Of a stretch of 26,623 bases of DNA, positions 1 to 10,576 are shown piece after piece. Location of the stretch: assembly GCA_039818205.1 (NCBI GenBank), contig JBCBUK010000026.1, forward strand, positions 1 through 26,623, given 5' to 3'. The position numbers were made by a program, and so were the translations under genes. The notes under the pieces were generated by a model that ran no database searches, was not told the origin of the DNA, and saw only the letters and a list, made by a program, of their open reading frames with translations. Each line of letters starts with the position of its first letter. Position 1 is the first letter of the stretch. This stretch comes from Verrucomicrobiota bacterium. GTDB taxonomy: Bacteria > Verrucomicrobiota > Verrucomicrobiia > Opitutales > Cerasicoccaceae.

Positions 1-135
1 ATCGAGTTCCTCTAGAGTAAGTAACCTAGAGTCGCGGTTCGCATAATATTCCTCAATCAACCGATCTCTATCAACTTCGGACATCGAAACCCCTCCTGAA
101 AACAGAAAAAACAAACTGCATAAGAAACACCTCAT
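1..135 (-). CDS. 5' part of a hypothetical, probably secreted protein (runs off the left edge)
   Basis: ATG at 135 opens MRCFLCSLFFLFSGGVSMSEVDRDRLIEEYYANRDSRLLTLEELD with no stop to position 1; the hydrophobic N-terminus looks like a signal peptide. Not in the ORF track; translated by hand. Confidence 0.5.
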   Translation of the reverse strand, partial: MRCFLCSLFFLFSGGVSMSEVDRDRLIEEYYANRDSRLLTLEELD

Positions 136-350
136 TCTTTTAAAAATTTCTATAAGTCACCCCCCCGAACGTGCGGATAATTCGACCGTTTGAGTGATGA
201 ATCGCGTAACCCCATTTTTCCCTTGGAGCATCATAGGCCTGCCCTAACGGTTCAATATAATTATTAGGGATCAAAAAGGACCAAAAAGGGGTCAGTCAGT
301 TAGGTTGCATGTAAAGTTGGGATTTCAAAGGTCTATTGGCGCTGGGTAAT

Positions 351-3300
351 TCATGGAGACTCTGACACCTCGACTCTAATGAACAGCTTGGTAGCATTAC
401 CCGTAACGTCCACCTCAACCGTGGTCACGCCGGGAATTGGGCTGTTTCGATTGGGCGACAGGGTGACAGTCGCGCCTTGAGCCGTATCTCCAGAGCTATG
501 GTAGGTATTGAGATCAATCGACCACTCGTATGTGAGCGTGGCGTCATCCGTCCCAAAGATGCTGTTTGGGTGTGTCATTATCCAAACGCCTCCAGATGAA
601 GTAAGCTGGACAGATTTGGCAGTGGGGGATCCGGGGTCGGTGCCAAAGACGTACTCGAACCCGTTGAGGATGCCGTCGAAGTCGTCATCCTCATTAAACG
701 CCACTAGGCCATTGGTGTGGCGCTCGGTCATCCATGAGGAAAAGTTCAGGGAAACCCCCTCCGATACGGGACGGCCGGCTCCGCCGTTGGAGATTGCCAA
801 TGATTCAACCTGGTCGATGGTCAGCGCCCGGTTCCAGACCGCCACGTCGTCGATCAGACCTCCCCAGCGGAAAGCTGTACGGTCGTAAGAGAATCTCATA
901 TAAGTATCTGAAAGTGTTGCGTCGGTAATATAGGCTGGCTGCTCGGAGAGCGGTACGCCGTCGACGAAGAGTTTCTTGCCCGCGATATCATCGGTGATGT
1001 CGAAGGTAATGGCGACATGGTGCCAGATGTCGTCGTTCGTGAAACCTAAGTTGGTCCGCGACCAGGGTTGCCCGAAGCTGTACATTTGAAAGTCATGGAA
1101 CCAAATGTTATTGGTGCGCATCATCGTGTTCCGGTAGCCGTCCTGCTGCCGGACCCAGAAGGCTATGGTGTAGGCGCCGGTATCGCGGTAGGCTGGCAGT
1201 ACATCCATTTGCACTTCTTCCTGCTCTGCTTCTAAAAATTGGAGGGCATTACCGAACTTCCCGGACACCCAGTCGGGCGAACCGCTGGTCACATAGCCAT
1301 GATTTGCTTGGCTGGTGTGATCGACCATTTCGGCCCCATCGGTGGAATCGAGTGGCCAGTAGCCGACCAGACCGGTGGCGACGTCCTGCAGTTCGGTGGG
1401 GGTACAGGAGCTCGTGGATTCAGGAGACAGGTTCCCTGCCAGATCCTCGGCTTTCACCTGATAGAAGTATTCGGTTCCATTGCTCAGGCCTTCGTCAGTA
1501 AAGGCTGGCTCAGTGAGGCCGGATGCGATCTCTTCAAAGGGACCATCGGGTGAGGTGGCGCCGGAAACCCGGTATCCGAGCAGGTCCGGTTCCGTGTTCA
1601 TATCCCACCGAAGGTAGGAGCGTCCGAAGCCGCCATCGGCAACAAGATTGGCTGGGGAGGCTGGTGGTGTTGTATCGGTTTCGGGTGTCGCCGAAATCAG
1701 GGCGGAGTCGCCAGACTGCAGGCCGCGTGCATCGGTGCAACGGACGAAGTAGTAATATGAGGTTCCATTGGTGAGGCCATCGTCTTGGTAGACGGTGTCG
1801 GTGGTACTGATGATTTCGGTGAAGGGGCCTGTCTCGGAAAGGGAACGGTATACCTCACAACTGGCAATGTCAGTATCTGTCACCGCCCAGGAGAGCAGCA
1901 CGGTTCCGCTCGTCGATGAGGCAACCAGCGAGATGGGGGCGGAGGGAACGGCATTGGCATCCGAAACCGTATTGCCGGTGCCACCGTTGTAGAGGTAGGC
2001 GATCTCACCAGTGGTGAGCGGACGGTTCCAGTAAGCAGTGTCGTCAAAGCGCAGCGTGCCTTTGTAATTATCCGAGGTAGGGTTGAAGCGGATGGGCGAG
2101 GTGTTCAGGAGCGTGCCTGAATTGGTGGTGTCGATGTCGTTTGAAGCGATGAGTGTGCCATCGACGTAGATCTGTTTCGGCTGGGCAGATGACGGATCAT
2201 AGACAGCCACGATATGGCGCCAGGTCGCGTCATCGCCATCGAAACCGAGGTCAGTGGAGCTCCAGGGATTACCGAATCTCTGCCAGTGAATATCCCGATT
2301 GCTGGCTCCCAAAGTAAACTGATTTGCTGTTTCACCCTTGCTGAAGAGACCGTTGTCGCGGTAGCAGTCGATGGTGTAGATCCAGAAAGAAACGCTGAAG
2401 GCACCTGTTTGCGTGAACTCGTCAGTGTGCGGAATCTCAGCGCGGTCGTCGCGGTACTTGTACAAATCGAGGGCGTTGCCGAACTTTCCTGTCACCCAGT
2501 CCGGCGTGCCTTCCACAAAGGCGCCATGGTTCCCCAATGGCCCTTCGTCAGTCAGTTCGTCGCCACTGGTGTTGTCCATGGGCCAATAGCCAACTAGGCC
2601 GAGAGCCAGCAGATTCTTCGCATCGGCAAGGGCATAGACGGTAATGTCCACGGTAACTGCTACGCCATTCTCGGTCCCGTCGTTGGCGAAGTAGGTGAAG
2701 CTGTCCGGACCGGTATAGCCAGGGTCAGGTGTGTAGACCCATTCTGTGCCGTTGAAGGCTATGGTGCCGTGTTCAGGATCGGTCTGGATGACAAAGGTCA
2801 GCGGATCGAGATCGTTATCGGAAGCGGTCAGGTATGCCGGGATATTGGCATCCTGTAGCAGGTTCAGCGACAACGGAACGCATACCGGCAGGTCGTTGAC
2901 CGAGTTTACGGTGATGTCGACAGTTGCGGTAGCGCTGTCCACCGTTCCGTCGTTAACGATGAAGGTAAAGCTGTCGGCGCCATGGTAATCCGGGTCCGGA
3001 GTATAGATTAGGTCCGGGGCGGTACCCGTGAGTGTTCCATTAGTGGGATCGGTCTGAATGGTAAAGGTGAGGGTATCGAGATCCACATCGGAGGCCGTCA
3101 GGATGAGGGGCAGCGCAACGTCCTCATTGGTTTGCAGGTTTTGGCTGTCGGCTACCGGTGTGTCGTTGATCGGGTTTACGGTGATTGAGACAGTGGCGGT
3201 GTTTCCATCCTCCAACCCATCATTCACTTTAAAGGTGAACTGATCGGTGCCATGGAAATTCGCGTCGGGGGTGTAGGTTAAATCTGGAACTGTTCCTGAT

Positions 3301-6300
3301 AGTTCGCCCGATGTTGGGTCATCGACGACGGTGAAGGTCAGCGGATCGTTCTGCGCATCGCCTCCGGTCAGGGTGATCGCGATCGCAATGTCTTCATCAG
3401 TAGAGATATCCTGCGGATCAGCAATCGGGGGTGTTTGGAGCGTTTTCTGAACTGATCGTCCCATGCCCCCATTACTGAACACCAATGATTCAATTTGATC
3501 CTTTGTGAGCGCCCGATCCCACACCGCCAGATCATCTATGAGTCCACCCCAGCGCGTGCCTGAGTTGTCGATGCCTAGCTCGATCCAAAAGTTACCATCG
3601 AGCAGGTCGTCCGCGGGATAGGCGAAATTTTCAGCGATCAGTACACCATCCACGTACAACTTTTTGCCTGTTTCCGGATTAGACATATCGAACACGCATA
3701 CTACATGGTGCCAGGTGTTGTCGTTTTCAAAGCCCAGTGCCACCCTGTCCCAAAGATCTCCGAACGATAATTTATAGTCATGCAGTGAGATTCCACTCCA
3801 ATTGAAGACCCTGTTCCGGTATCCATTGTAATGTTGAAACCAAAGGGAGAGGGTGAAGGATCCAGTTTCACGATAGGCGACCAGGCTGTCGATGTAGACT
3901 GATTCCTGCTCTTCCTCCACAAACTGCAAGGCATTGCCAAACCTCCCAACGATCCAGTCCGGAGAACCAGAAGCAACGTTTCCGTGATTTGCGTTTGCGG
4001 TCTGATCTTCGGCAACCGTGCCGATGGCCGCGTCAAGAGGCCAGTAACCGACGAGTCCGGTTGTCACGTCCTGTTCCGCGAGAGGGCTGGCACTGGCTTC
4101 GGCCGGATCGGATTCATTGCCGGCGAGATCGACCGCTGTGACTCGATAGTAATAGGTAACGCCATTCGAAAGGCTTGTGTCCGTGTATGCTGATTGGCTA
4201 CCAGAGTTGCCGAGGAGTCCATAAGGGCCTGCCGAGGTGTTGGCGCGATAGATGTTGTAGGAGGTGGCGTCGGCTTCCGGGCTGTCATCCCAGTTCAGAT
4301 AGACACGGGTGTAGCCGTTAACGGCGGTCAGAGCAGTCGCTGCGGCAGGAGCGGTGGTGTCATCGGCGGGCACCGCAGAAACCTCGGAGGTGGAATTGGA
4401 AACTTCTTCGACCAAATCAACTGCGCGAAGCACATAGTAGTAGGTGACCCCGTTGGTGAGCCCGCTGTCGACAAAGCGGTTATCGGTAACAAAACCGAGG
4501 GAATCATAGGGGCCGCCAGAGACAAGAGATCGTAGCACCTCAAAGGAGGTCACATCTTCGTTGCTGGGTTCGTCCCAGGTCAGGACGATGGCTTCGGTCG
4601 TGGGAGTCGCGACCAGCCCGGTAGGCGCAGGAGGGGCATAGTTCAAATCCGAAACCGTGTTGCCGTCTCCCGTGTTAAACAGGTAGCCGATTTCGTCAGT
4701 GGTCAGAGCGCGATCCCAGATAGCGAGATCATCAAAGCGGACGGACGATTTGTAGTTCGATGTAGGCACACTGAAGGTGATGGGGTCTGTATTGAGCGCG
4801 GTGTCCGTATCGGCACCATCCGTATTATCGGAAGCCACCAGAACACCATCCAGATACACGTTTTTGGCGGGGGTCGTCGATGGATCGTAGATGATGACAA
4901 CGTGGTGCCAAATTTGAGAATTACCGAGAATTCCCAGATCGGTTGCCGTCCACGGGCTGCCAAAATGCGACCATCTCATATCACTATTTGAGCTCCCAAT
5001 CCCGACCTTATTGAGTCCTTTGGCGAATACATTCTGATCCCGATAACAATTCACCGGATACATCCAGAAGGAAATACTGTAACTTTCAGTCGCATTGTAA
5101 TCGGCGAGGTGCGGGATCTCAGCATGGTCCTCTCTCTGGCTGACCAGATCGAGTGCATTTCCAAATTTACCTGGCACCCAGTCGGGGTTGCCTTGCAGAA
5201 AGGCGCCATGGTTTTCCTGGGTGGTTACGTCGACGATTTCGTCACCACTGACGCTATCCATGGGCCAGTAACCCAGAAGGCCTTCGGCCAGGAAGGTCTT
5301 CATCGGGATGAAGGGCGTGGCGCCCACTTCTCGCGAATTATCAGATTCAAGTCCGCGCGTATTCACCGTGCGCACCACGTAGTAATAGGCCGTATAATTA
5401 ACCACCGAATTGTCGGTGAATGCCGGGCTTGCCAGATCGCCGGAAACCAGAGTATAGGGGCCGCCGGAAATTTCGGAGCGGTAAACGCGGTAGGCACCGA
5501 AATCGATGGTGGTCGTGTCGGCGTCCCAAGACAGCGATACCGATGTGTTGCCATCGACGGCTAACAGCCCGTTCGGGCGTGTCGGTGCCAAGCTACGATT
5601 CGTCACGATGTTGCCCGCGCCACCATTATGGAGGTAAGCGATTTCACTCGAGCTGATCGCACGATCCCAGATGGCCACCTCGTCGAATAATGCGCTGCAT
5701 TTCTCCGCGTCGACGCTGCTACCGAAGCTAATGGGAGAGTTATTCAGAGCCGTGTCAGTTGCACCGTCTGTCTCGCCAGTGGCCACCAAAGCGCCGTCCA
5801 CATAGAGATGCTTTGCGGGAGAAGCGTTTGCATCGAAGGTGAACACGATGTGGCGCCACGCGCCGTCGCCCATAGAGAATCCAAGATCCGCCGCAGTCCA
5901 GGGGCTACCGAATGCATCAACGGTGGCAGCGCTGCCCGTTGCGCTAATGGCCACAAGCCCCTCGCCCTTGGCGAATTGGTTGAGCTTGTCGTCGCCGTCG
6001 ATCGACTGGAACCAGAGCGACAGGGAGTAGGCCTCTGTGACGTTATAGTCTTCGAGATGGGGAATCGTGGCCCGGTCATCACGTGCTTGCGAGATTTCGA
6101 GCGCATTGCCGAACTTGCCCGCCACCCAGGCGGGCGTGCCTTCGGCAAATGTGCCATGGTTGGAAAAGGCGGAATAATCCGTGACCTCCGCGCCGCTGGT
6201 CAAATCCATCGGCCAATATCCCAGTAGTCGGTAGGTGGGCGCGGTATCGGCCTGATTGAAGGCAATGGCGATCTCATCCTGATGTGCCTGATCGTCGGTC

Positions 6301-9300
6301 ACGCGCAGGGTAAGTTGTCCGACTGCATCAATCGGGGCATATCCTGTAGCGATCGCGCCCCGGGCGATTAGTTCACCGTTCGCTTCCCAGACATAGTCAT
6401 AAAGCGTGCCTTCCGGGTCTGAGCTGAGCGAGCCGTCCAGGGACAACTCGACTGTGTTTCCCCAGCCACCGATGATCGTGGCCGTGGCGGCCGCTGCCGT
6501 CGGCTCCAGGCCGGGATACGGTGTCACCGCGCCGTATTCCGCCTCAAAGAGAGCGATGCTGTTGACCAGTTCGTCGTAGTATTCTTGGAGCGCTTCGCTG
6601 ATACTGCCCGCCGCTATGTCAGCTTCTATATCTTCCGCTATCCGCTTCATGGGATGGATGATAAAAGCCCCCTCGATGCCCATCGCGTCTGCGTATTCAT
6701 AGAGTGTCGTATGGTAACCGTTGGTCTCACTGAAAATTCCTGCGTGCGATCCACCTTCAGTGGGTTCCCATTTGTTAAAGTGCTGTGCGATGTCGTCGGA
6801 GATATCCAGAGGCAAGTCGGCTTTATCGAATTCATCGAACAACATCATGGCCCGGACTACCATTTGCCTTTCGGGAGATGTATAACCATCCAGCACCTTG
6901 GGCTCATGCAGGCAGCGTCCGATGGCCTGGAGGCCTTCGATGTAGCTGTCACCCCAATCCAGCGGATCGATGGTTCCGAGGATGCGCCCAAAACCATTCT
7001 GATAGGATCCCTTTGGAAAGACATGATCCTCCATCGCATACACCTCAGTCAATAGCAGGAACTCTTCTCCGGTGGTTGTATCACCCAGCCCCGTCATGGC
7101 CCAGAACGCAGCTTCACGCAGCCACCAATCGTCGTGTCTCAGGTATGGTTTGATGAACTCAACGTTATCGCGGACATCTTCCGGTTCGGCCTTGGCAAGG
7201 GCGAGCAGCACGGCATCAATCTCCCACAGGGACGAATCAGGATCGTCGATCACTGCCTGAATGAGGGGCATGAATTCCGCGCTAACCGTTTCTGCGGAGA
7301 TATCAGTGTTGTTCATTGGGCGGGACCAGTTATCGTATCCAGCAATGCCTTCCAACGCGGCGCGGCGCGGCCGCGGATCCGGATCTTGGAGGGCAGCCTT
7401 TAAGGCAGCAATCGATGCCTCATCGGCGCGCTGGCTGAGCCTAACTGCAGCCAACTTACGAACCAGAGCGTTGGAGTGATACAACAGACGCTCTAGCGTA
7501 GCTGCCGGAACATCGTCATGTTGGTGGATGTTTTTCCAAATGGCGTCGGCTCGTTGATATTCGTCTCCGTAAGCAGAAGCCGGGACGTCAGAAAAGAATT
7601 CACGGTCGCGCTCATTGCCCCATTCGATTGTATGTGGCGGGTAGCTAACACTGAAGGCCGTGGTTGTTCCACCGGAAATTCGGAGGGCCTTACGCGATGC
7701 GGTGTAGATCATGGCCGTTCCCACGCCGAAACCGTCGTTAAAGTAATGGCTGCCAATCGTTGACGGCATGATGAAGCTTCCGTCGTGGCGGCGGCAGAGA
7801 TCGTAATACCAGGCCAGGCGGTCGAGCATGTTGCGGCGCCTGTCTTCATAGGCTGCGGTTACATGCATGGAGCCGAGTGCCCGCCAGATGACATCGAAAC
7901 CACCCCCCGTGTGGCCAAGTTCGATATTACAATAAGAATCGGCGATGGTCAGCGCAGTGTAATCAGTTGCAGCGACAAAATCGTCGCCTTCCAGAAGCGA
8001 CCACAGGCAGGCGGCTGCACCGTCCTTGCCATTGGAGTTCGGTCCAAGTTCGGCGCGGTGATCGCCGTAGGGAACGGGACCATGACCAGCAAAGCGGAAG
8101 AGATAATCGATCGATTTTTCCCACGTGTCCACGGGCACATCGACGCCGCACTCGCGGGCCAGAGTCATGCCAATTTTGATAATGGTGCCGGGTTGATTCA
8201 GGATTCCGCCTGCTACATAACCGGAGCCGGGATTGAGCCCATGTCCATACATCCCTTCTACGTCTCCGCTATCGGCGTATTCACAGAGTGCCTCAATGCG
8301 GGGCAGGACCGCGCTATCTCCGGTGCGCAGATAATATTCACACAGAAATACGAGCTGGTAGCCGATCCCCCAACACTGGTGCCCGCCAGGGAGTGAAGCA
8401 GAGATCAAGCTATGGGCCATCGTTTCCACTTCATCTAAATATTGATCTTCACCCGTCGAGAGCAGGAAAAGCCCGGCCAGCATTCTTTCTATACCGCTGC
8501 TGCCATCCACGTTATTATTGATGATAAACTGAGCGACCGAATCGACGATTGCGTCGGATTTTGGGCAGCTCAGGGGCCATGTTTCCGTATAGGCTCCGAG
8601 GACCGGAATGGTCACGGTCACGGTCATCGGCGTTCCGCTGCGCATGATGCCAAAATCAAGTGCGCCGTCATAGGCCTCGGCGGTGCCAATCTGGGTGCCA
8701 AGCGGTAGGCGCGGATCTTCATCATCCTGAAGCAATACCCCATTGACCGAGAAGATGACATCATCTGTCTGCAAGATGCCATCGGCAGGTGAGCCAGATG
8801 CGGTTCCGTCCACGGTCACGGTGAAACCATCGAGTGTCGCCTCGATGCCGGTAACGCCGATGATGAATTCCGAGTAGGTCGTGCTTTCGGTAACCTTCGA
8901 GTTGATGTAAGTAGGCGCCTGCGAAATATATCCGTTTTCAATCGCGACTTCGGCTGCCTTCCAACCGATCTCCAGAAAGTTCTCCGCCCGGTCATGGTAG
9001 TGAAAACCATTGCCAGCTGCGAAGGGCTCTCCATCGTCATCGTTCCCCCAGTCCACGCCAATCATGTCGTCAGTGTCGAAATACACTGCTGAGTCGGGGA
9101 TTTCTATATTGAGGTCGGCAACAGCCGACTGGCGCGCGACATTGAGCGTGGCATTCTGGTCGGACGACTCGCCGACGATGAGCGGCAGGTCATCGGGAAT
9201 ACGTGAGTCAGCAGCGCGGATGGAGTAGATTAGATCTTTGAGATTGTCGGCATACTCTGCCTGCATTTCTGCTGCGGTGTAGGGATCATCGTTAAACTGC

Positions 9301-10025
9301 TCATTCCAACCCTGCAGCCAGAACACCGCGCAGACCTCATAGCCAGGTGCGTCGTCATATACATCCAGAACTCCGTTGTCTGCAAGATCGGCATCCAGCG
9401 CATCCAGAAACCCGATGAATTGCGCCATCGTATTACTGTAGTTGACGCCGACCACCCCACCCCGCGCGGCTACCGCGGACGGTGGACGCCAGTCGTTGGC
9501 CAGCGTTGTCCCCCCCTTGTCCGACTTGAAGAGGAAAACCGGCGCTGCTACCGAATCGGCCATGCGGATGCCCATCGCCAATTCGGCCCCGAATCTCGAG
9601 CCATTGCTCGTGCTAACGCCGAAGCCTGGCGATAAGGCTTGGATGCCACTCACCACATCGCCTGGGTTCGCCGTACGCAGGACATTCTTCACCGTGCCTG
9701 TGGAGGAATCGTAGTGCACACACCAAGCATCATCCCGCGGCTGCAACCAGTCCGACGACAGGCTGTCTTTGAAGCCGTGGGGCATGCTTCCAAGGTAAGC
9801 TACCGAAGCTGGTGAATCGCTGAGCAAAAATTCCAGGGACGGTCTATTCCCACTATCATCAGTATAGGTGTAGGCCTGCCCCTCCATGTTTGACTGGCCC
9901 AACAAGAGGACAATCTTCAGGTCTCGATCAACTGCCCATACGAGCTGGGAAAAAGATCCATACAGAAGGACACAAAGCAACAACTTGGCCAGGCAACGGG
10001 GAAAAACATTTCTTAGAGAAAACAT
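351..10025 (-). CDS. Giant secreted multidomain protein: SGNH/SASA (sialate O-acetylesterase-like) esterase, PDZ, DUF6288-like, HEAT repeats, PKD-like, 5x LamG, 5x FN3, 3x cadherin-like Ig, C-terminal DxDxDG/GTDP module
   Basis: GQSNMEG, FWLQGWNE and FHYH are SGNH blocks. GSPADGILQTDDVIFSVNG is PDZ-like. LxGYWPxD...GKFGNAL...WHH...DDxAxWxRAL occurs 5 times; YYYxVxAVD..G FN3 units 5 times; YTPDxxxxGxDxFT 3 times. The ORF is open to 10172, but the ATG at 10025 (MFSLRN...LVWA) precedes a signal peptide and is the likelier start. Confidence 0.9.
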   Translation of the reverse strand: MFSLRNVFPRCLAKLLLCVLLYGSFSQLVWAVDRDLKIVLLLGQSNMEGQAYTYTDDSGNRPSLEFLLSDSPASVAYLGSMPHGFKDSLSSDWLQPRDDAWCVHYDSSTGTVKNVLRTANPGDVVSGIQALSPGFGVSTSNGSRFGAELAMGIRMADSVAAPVFLFKSDKGGTTLANDWRPPSAVAARGGVVGVNYSNTMAQFIGFLDALDADLADNGVLDVYDDAPGYEVCAVFWLQGWNEQFNDDPYTAAEMQAEYADNLKDLIYSIRAADSRIPDDLPLIVGESSDQNATLNVARQSAVADLNIEIPDSAVYFDTDDMIGVDWGNDDDGEPFAAGNGFHYHDRAENFLEIGWKAAEVAIENGYISQAPTYINSKVTESTTYSEFIIGVTGIEATLDGFTVTVDGTASGSPADGILQTDDVIFSVNGVLLQDDEDPRLPLGTQIGTAEAYDGALDFGIMRSGTPMTVTVTIPVLGAYTETWPLSCPKSDAIVDSVAQFIINNNVDGSSGIERMLAGLFLLSTGEDQYLDEVETMAHSLISASLPGGHQCWGIGYQLVFLCEYYLRTGDSAVLPRIEALCEYADSGDVEGMYGHGLNPGSGYVAGGILNQPGTIIKIGMTLARECGVDVPVDTWEKSIDYLFRFAGHGPVPYGDHRAELGPNSNGKDGAAACLWSLLEGDDFVAATDYTALTIADSYCNIELGHTGGGFDVIWRALGSMHVTAAYEDRRRNMLDRLAWYYDLCRRHDGSFIMPSTIGSHYFNDGFGVGTAMIYTASRKALRISGGTTTAFSVSYPPHTIEWGNERDREFFSDVPASAYGDEYQRADAIWKNIHQHDDVPAATLERLLYHSNALVRKLAAVRLSQRADEASIAALKAALQDPDPRPRRAALEGIAGYDNWSRPMNNTDISAETVSAEFMPLIQAVIDDPDSSLWEIDAVLLALAKAEPEDVRDNVEFIKPYLRHDDWWLREAAFWAMTGLGDTTTGEEFLLLTEVYAMEDHVFPKGSYQNGFGRILGTIDPLDWGDSYIEGLQAIGRCLHEPKVLDGYTSPERQMVVRAMMLFDEFDKADLPLDISDDIAQHFNKWEPTEGGSHAGIFSETNGYHTTLYEYADAMGIEGAFIIHPMKRIAEDIEADIAAGSISEALQEYYDELVNSIALFEAEYGAVTPYPGLEPTAAAATATIIGGWGNTVELSLDGSLSSDPEGTLYDYVWEANGELIARGAIATGYAPIDAVGQLTLRVTDDQAHQDEIAIAFNQADTAPTYRLLGYWPMDLTSGAEVTDYSAFSNHGTFAEGTPAWVAGKFGNALEISQARDDRATIPHLEDYNVTEAYSLSLWFQSIDGDDKLNQFAKGEGLVAISATGSAATVDAFGSPWTAADLGFSMGDGAWRHIVFTFDANASPAKHLYVDGALVATGETDGATDTALNNSPISFGSSVDAEKCSALFDEVAIWDRAISSSEIAYLHNGGAGNIVTNRSLAPTRPNGLLAVDGNTSVSLSWDADTTTIDFGAYRVYRSEISGGPYTLVSGDLASPAFTDNSVVNYTAYYYVVRTVNTRGLESDNSREVGATPFIPMKTFLAEGLLGYWPMDSVSGDEIVDVTTQENHGAFLQGNPDWVPGKFGNALDLVSQREDHAEIPHLADYNATESYSISFWMYPVNCYRDQNVFAKGLNKVGIGSSNSDMRWSHFGSPWTATDLGILGNSQIWHHVVIIYDPSTTPAKNVYLDGVLVASDNTDGADTDTALNTDPITFSVPTSNYKSSVRFDDLAIWDRALTTDEIGYLFNTGDGNTVSDLNYAPPAPTGLVATPTTEAIVLTWDEPSNEDVTSFEVLRSLVSGGPYDSLGFVTDNRFVDSGLTNGVTYYYVLRAVDLVEEVSNSTSEVSAVPADDTTAPAAATALTAVNGYTRVYLNWDDSPEADATSYNIYRANTSAGPYGLLGNSGSQSAYTDTSLSNGVTYYYRVTAVDLAGNESDPAEASASPLAEQDVTTGLVGYWPLDAAIGTVAEDQTANANHGNVASGSPDWIVGRFGNALQFVEEEQESVYIDSLVAYRETGSFTLSLWFQHYNGYRNRVFNWSGISLHDYKLSFGDLWDRVALGFENDNTWHHVVCVFDMSNPETGKKLYVDGVLIAENFAYPADDLLDGNFWIELGIDNSGTRWGGLIDDLAVWDRALTKDQIESLVFSNGGMGRSVQKTLQTPPIADPQDISTDEDIAIAITLTGGDAQNDPLTFTVVDDPTSGELSGTVPDLTYTPDANFHGTDQFTFKVNDGLEDGNTATVSITVNPINDTPVADSQNLQTNEDVALPLILTASDVDLDTLTFTIQTDPTNGTLTGTAPDLIYTPDPDYHGADSFTFIVNDGTVDSATATVDITVNSVNDLPVCVPLSLNLLQDANIPAYLTASDNDLDPLTFVIQTDPEHGTIAFNGTEWVYTPDPGYTGPDSFTYFANDGTENGVAVTVDITVYALADAKNLLALGLVGYWPMDNTSGDELTDEGPLGNHGAFVEGTPDWVTGKFGNALDLYKYRDDRAEIPHTDEFTQTGAFSVSFWIYTIDCYRDNGLFSKGETANQFTLGASNRDIHWQRFGNPWSSTDLGFDGDDATWRHIVAVYDPSSAQPKQIYVDGTLIASNDIDTTNSGTLLNTSPIRFNPTSDNYKGTLRFDDTAYWNRPLTTGEIAYLYNGGTGNTVSDANAVPSAPISLVASSTSGTVLLSWAVTDTDIASCEVYRSLSETGPFTEIISTTDTVYQDDGLTNGTSYYYFVRCTDARGLQSGDSALISATPETDTTPPASPANLVADGGFGRSYLRWDMNTEPDLLGYRVSGATSPDGPFEEIASGLTEPAFTDEGLSNGTEYFYQVKAEDLAGNLSPESTSSCTPTELQDVATGLVGYWPLDSTDGAEMVDHTSQANHGYVTSGSPDWVSGKFGNALQFLEAEQEEVQMDVLPAYRDTGAYTIAFWVRQQDGYRNTMMRTNNIWFHDFQMYSFGQPWSRTNLGFTNDDIWHHVAITFDITDDIAGKKLFVDGVPLSEQPAYITDATLSDTYMRFSYDRTAFRWGGLIDDVAVWNRALTIDQVESLAISNGGAGRPVSEGVSLNFSSWMTERHTNGLVAFNEDDDFDGILNGFEYVFGTDPGSPTAKSVQLTSSGGVWIMTHPNSIFGTDDATLTYEWSIDLNTYHSSGDTAQGATVTLSPNRNSPIPGVTTVEVDVTGNATKLFIRVEVSESP

Positions 10026-10576
10026 CTGTACGTGCAGCCGCTCAAAACTTGCCAGCATCACAAGAAGCAATATTTTTAGTGCAGACCAGAATTCCTGATT
10101 CGCCTTAGAATCGATTGGTGGCTGCATATTGATCGTAGGGCCTACATCGATAGAGTAAATGATAGGTCTCAATCGTCAAGGTGGTAAATGTATCCACGGT
10201 TCCAATGCTCACGCCCCTCTGGATGAAAGCAGTATTAATCTGAGGTAGAGGGCCGCCCATAACCAAATAAAACCCTAAAACAGCAAGCTTGGGCATTGAG
10301 GGGTCCGCTCCAGTGCGACACCCTACCCTCGCGTTGCATTTTGCATCGTCCTCCATATGGTTTGAATTTTACCATATGAAAGATGAATATCAGCTTAATA
10401 AAGCCGGGGAAACTGCCCCAAGGGAGAAATTCTGGTCTATCTAGCAAACTGGGCCATGGCGTATCGTTTGCCTTTCATTGTCTGATGCCTTTCTAGTGCA
10501 AAAGTATAACAATGCAAGCGGCTCAGTTTTACTCAACTCGACCATTCATTAGTCGCCACGGGTAAGTCGGTCTTGG

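Noticed and set aside
268..310. caaaaagg tandem and aaggggtcagtc as a REP-like element
   Set aside because: Single short occurrence with no partner copy or RAYT transposase in the window.
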